A program made the position numbers and the translations under genes. From a virus (Duplodnaviria > Heunggongvirae > Uroviricota > Caudoviricetes): 35,486 bases of DNA. Under the pieces are notes generated by a model. That model was not told where the DNA came from and searched no databases. It saw only the letters and a program-made list of their open reading frames with translations. The stretch lies in IMG/VR virus record IMGVR_UViG_2724679238_000015, positions 1-35,486 of that record, one strand, 5' to 3'. Shown piece by piece: positions 35,141 to 35,486 of the stretch. Every line of letters starts with the position of its first letter. The stretch's first letter is position 1.

Positions 35141-35330
35141 GCGCAGGTACCTTTTGGTGGATGGCAGGAGGAAAAATGAAGTCGAGTGGAAAAATCCCAG
35201 AAAAATTTTTGTTTAACCGAGGTCCTAGTTCACTATGCGAAATACGGAGGAGCTGCAGGAGAATTCGGCTTCATCCTTAGAGTTTAAACAGCACGTGCAC
35301 TACTATTGTTTCTGCATATCGCCACACCAT
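35141..35330 (+). pseudogene. truncated hok-locus remnant: leader plus 3' end of hok, lacking the hok start and TM region
   Basis: 35150..35225 aligns to the leader at 34150..34225 (shared TGTTTAACCGAGG.CCT); the following sequence aligns to the hok 3' end (GAAATACGGA.GAGCT). About 140 bp with the start codon and TM is missing. Confidence 0.4.
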
Positions 35331-35364
35331 CGCCACTCCACCGCCATTGCACAAAATACAAATA

Positions 35365-35390
35365 CAAAAAAACCACCCGAAGGTGGTTTC
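35365..35390 (-). terminator. rho-independent terminator downstream of the tRNA gene
   Basis: ACCACC / GGTGGT stem with CGAA loop; on the minus strand it is followed by a T7 run, about 45 nt beyond the tRNA 3' end. Confidence 0.6.
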
Positions 35391-35432
35391 ACGACACTGC
35401 TTATTGCTTTGATTTTATTCTTATCTTCCCCA

Positions 35433-35486
35433 TGGTACCCGGAGCGGGACTTGAACCCGCACAGCGCGAACGCCGAGGGATTTTAA
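35433..35486 (-). tRNA. tRNA-Leu, 3' part only (truncated by the window edge); anticodon probably UAA
   Basis: Reverse complement reads ...TTAAAATCCCTCGGCGTTCGCGCTGTGCGGGTTCAAGTCCCGCTCCGGGTACCA: long variable arm, T-loop GGTTCAAGTCC, acceptor 3' strand plus CCA. Matches my recollection of enterobacterial leuZ. Confidence 0.75.

Noticed and set aside
35235-35486. 83-aa plus-strand ORF running into the tRNA gene
   Set aside because: It reads through the hok remnant, the tRNA terminator and the tRNA itself, so it is an open frame by chance, not a gene.
1-35486. CRISPR arrays, IS elements or rRNA genes
   Set aside because: No short direct repeats with unique spacers, no transposase-like ORFs with terminal inverted repeats and no rRNA-like sequence were seen.

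Overview
Almost the whole window is one P2/186-family temperate prophage of an enterobacterium, running from the stop codon of its integrase at position 1 to the late activator ogr at about 34.09 kb. The last ~1.4 kb looks chromosomal: a hok/mok-type toxin locus, a small secreted-protein gene, a truncated second hok copy, a terminator and the 3' part of a tRNA-Leu gene cut by the window edge. All homology calls are from reading the translations against remembered family signatures; no database search was run. Hand-counted coordinates of non-ORF features may be off by 1-2 bp. Layout: integrase, two cargo genes and an HTH repressor on the minus strand (1..2455); a rightward early operon ending in the replication initiator A (2531..7822); an accessory island between A and the probable cos region (7795..10245); then portal/terminase, head, lysis, baseplate and tail-fibre genes, with the tail sheath-to-U block on the minus strand and D and ogr on the plus strand. 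The strongest candidate for something undescribed is the accessory island, which sits where P2 carries tin/old. It holds a ParM/ParR-like partition cassette with two palindromic candidate centromere sites, a stand-alone ClpX-type zinc-finger protein, an ASCH-domain protein and a hypothetical protein. Other points of interest are a 15-aa motif shared by the repressor C-terminus and the next gene's N-terminus, two cargo genes in the repressor-integrase operon, a Gin/Hin-type invertible tail-fibre switch, and the tail sheath-to-U block being inverted relative to P2.
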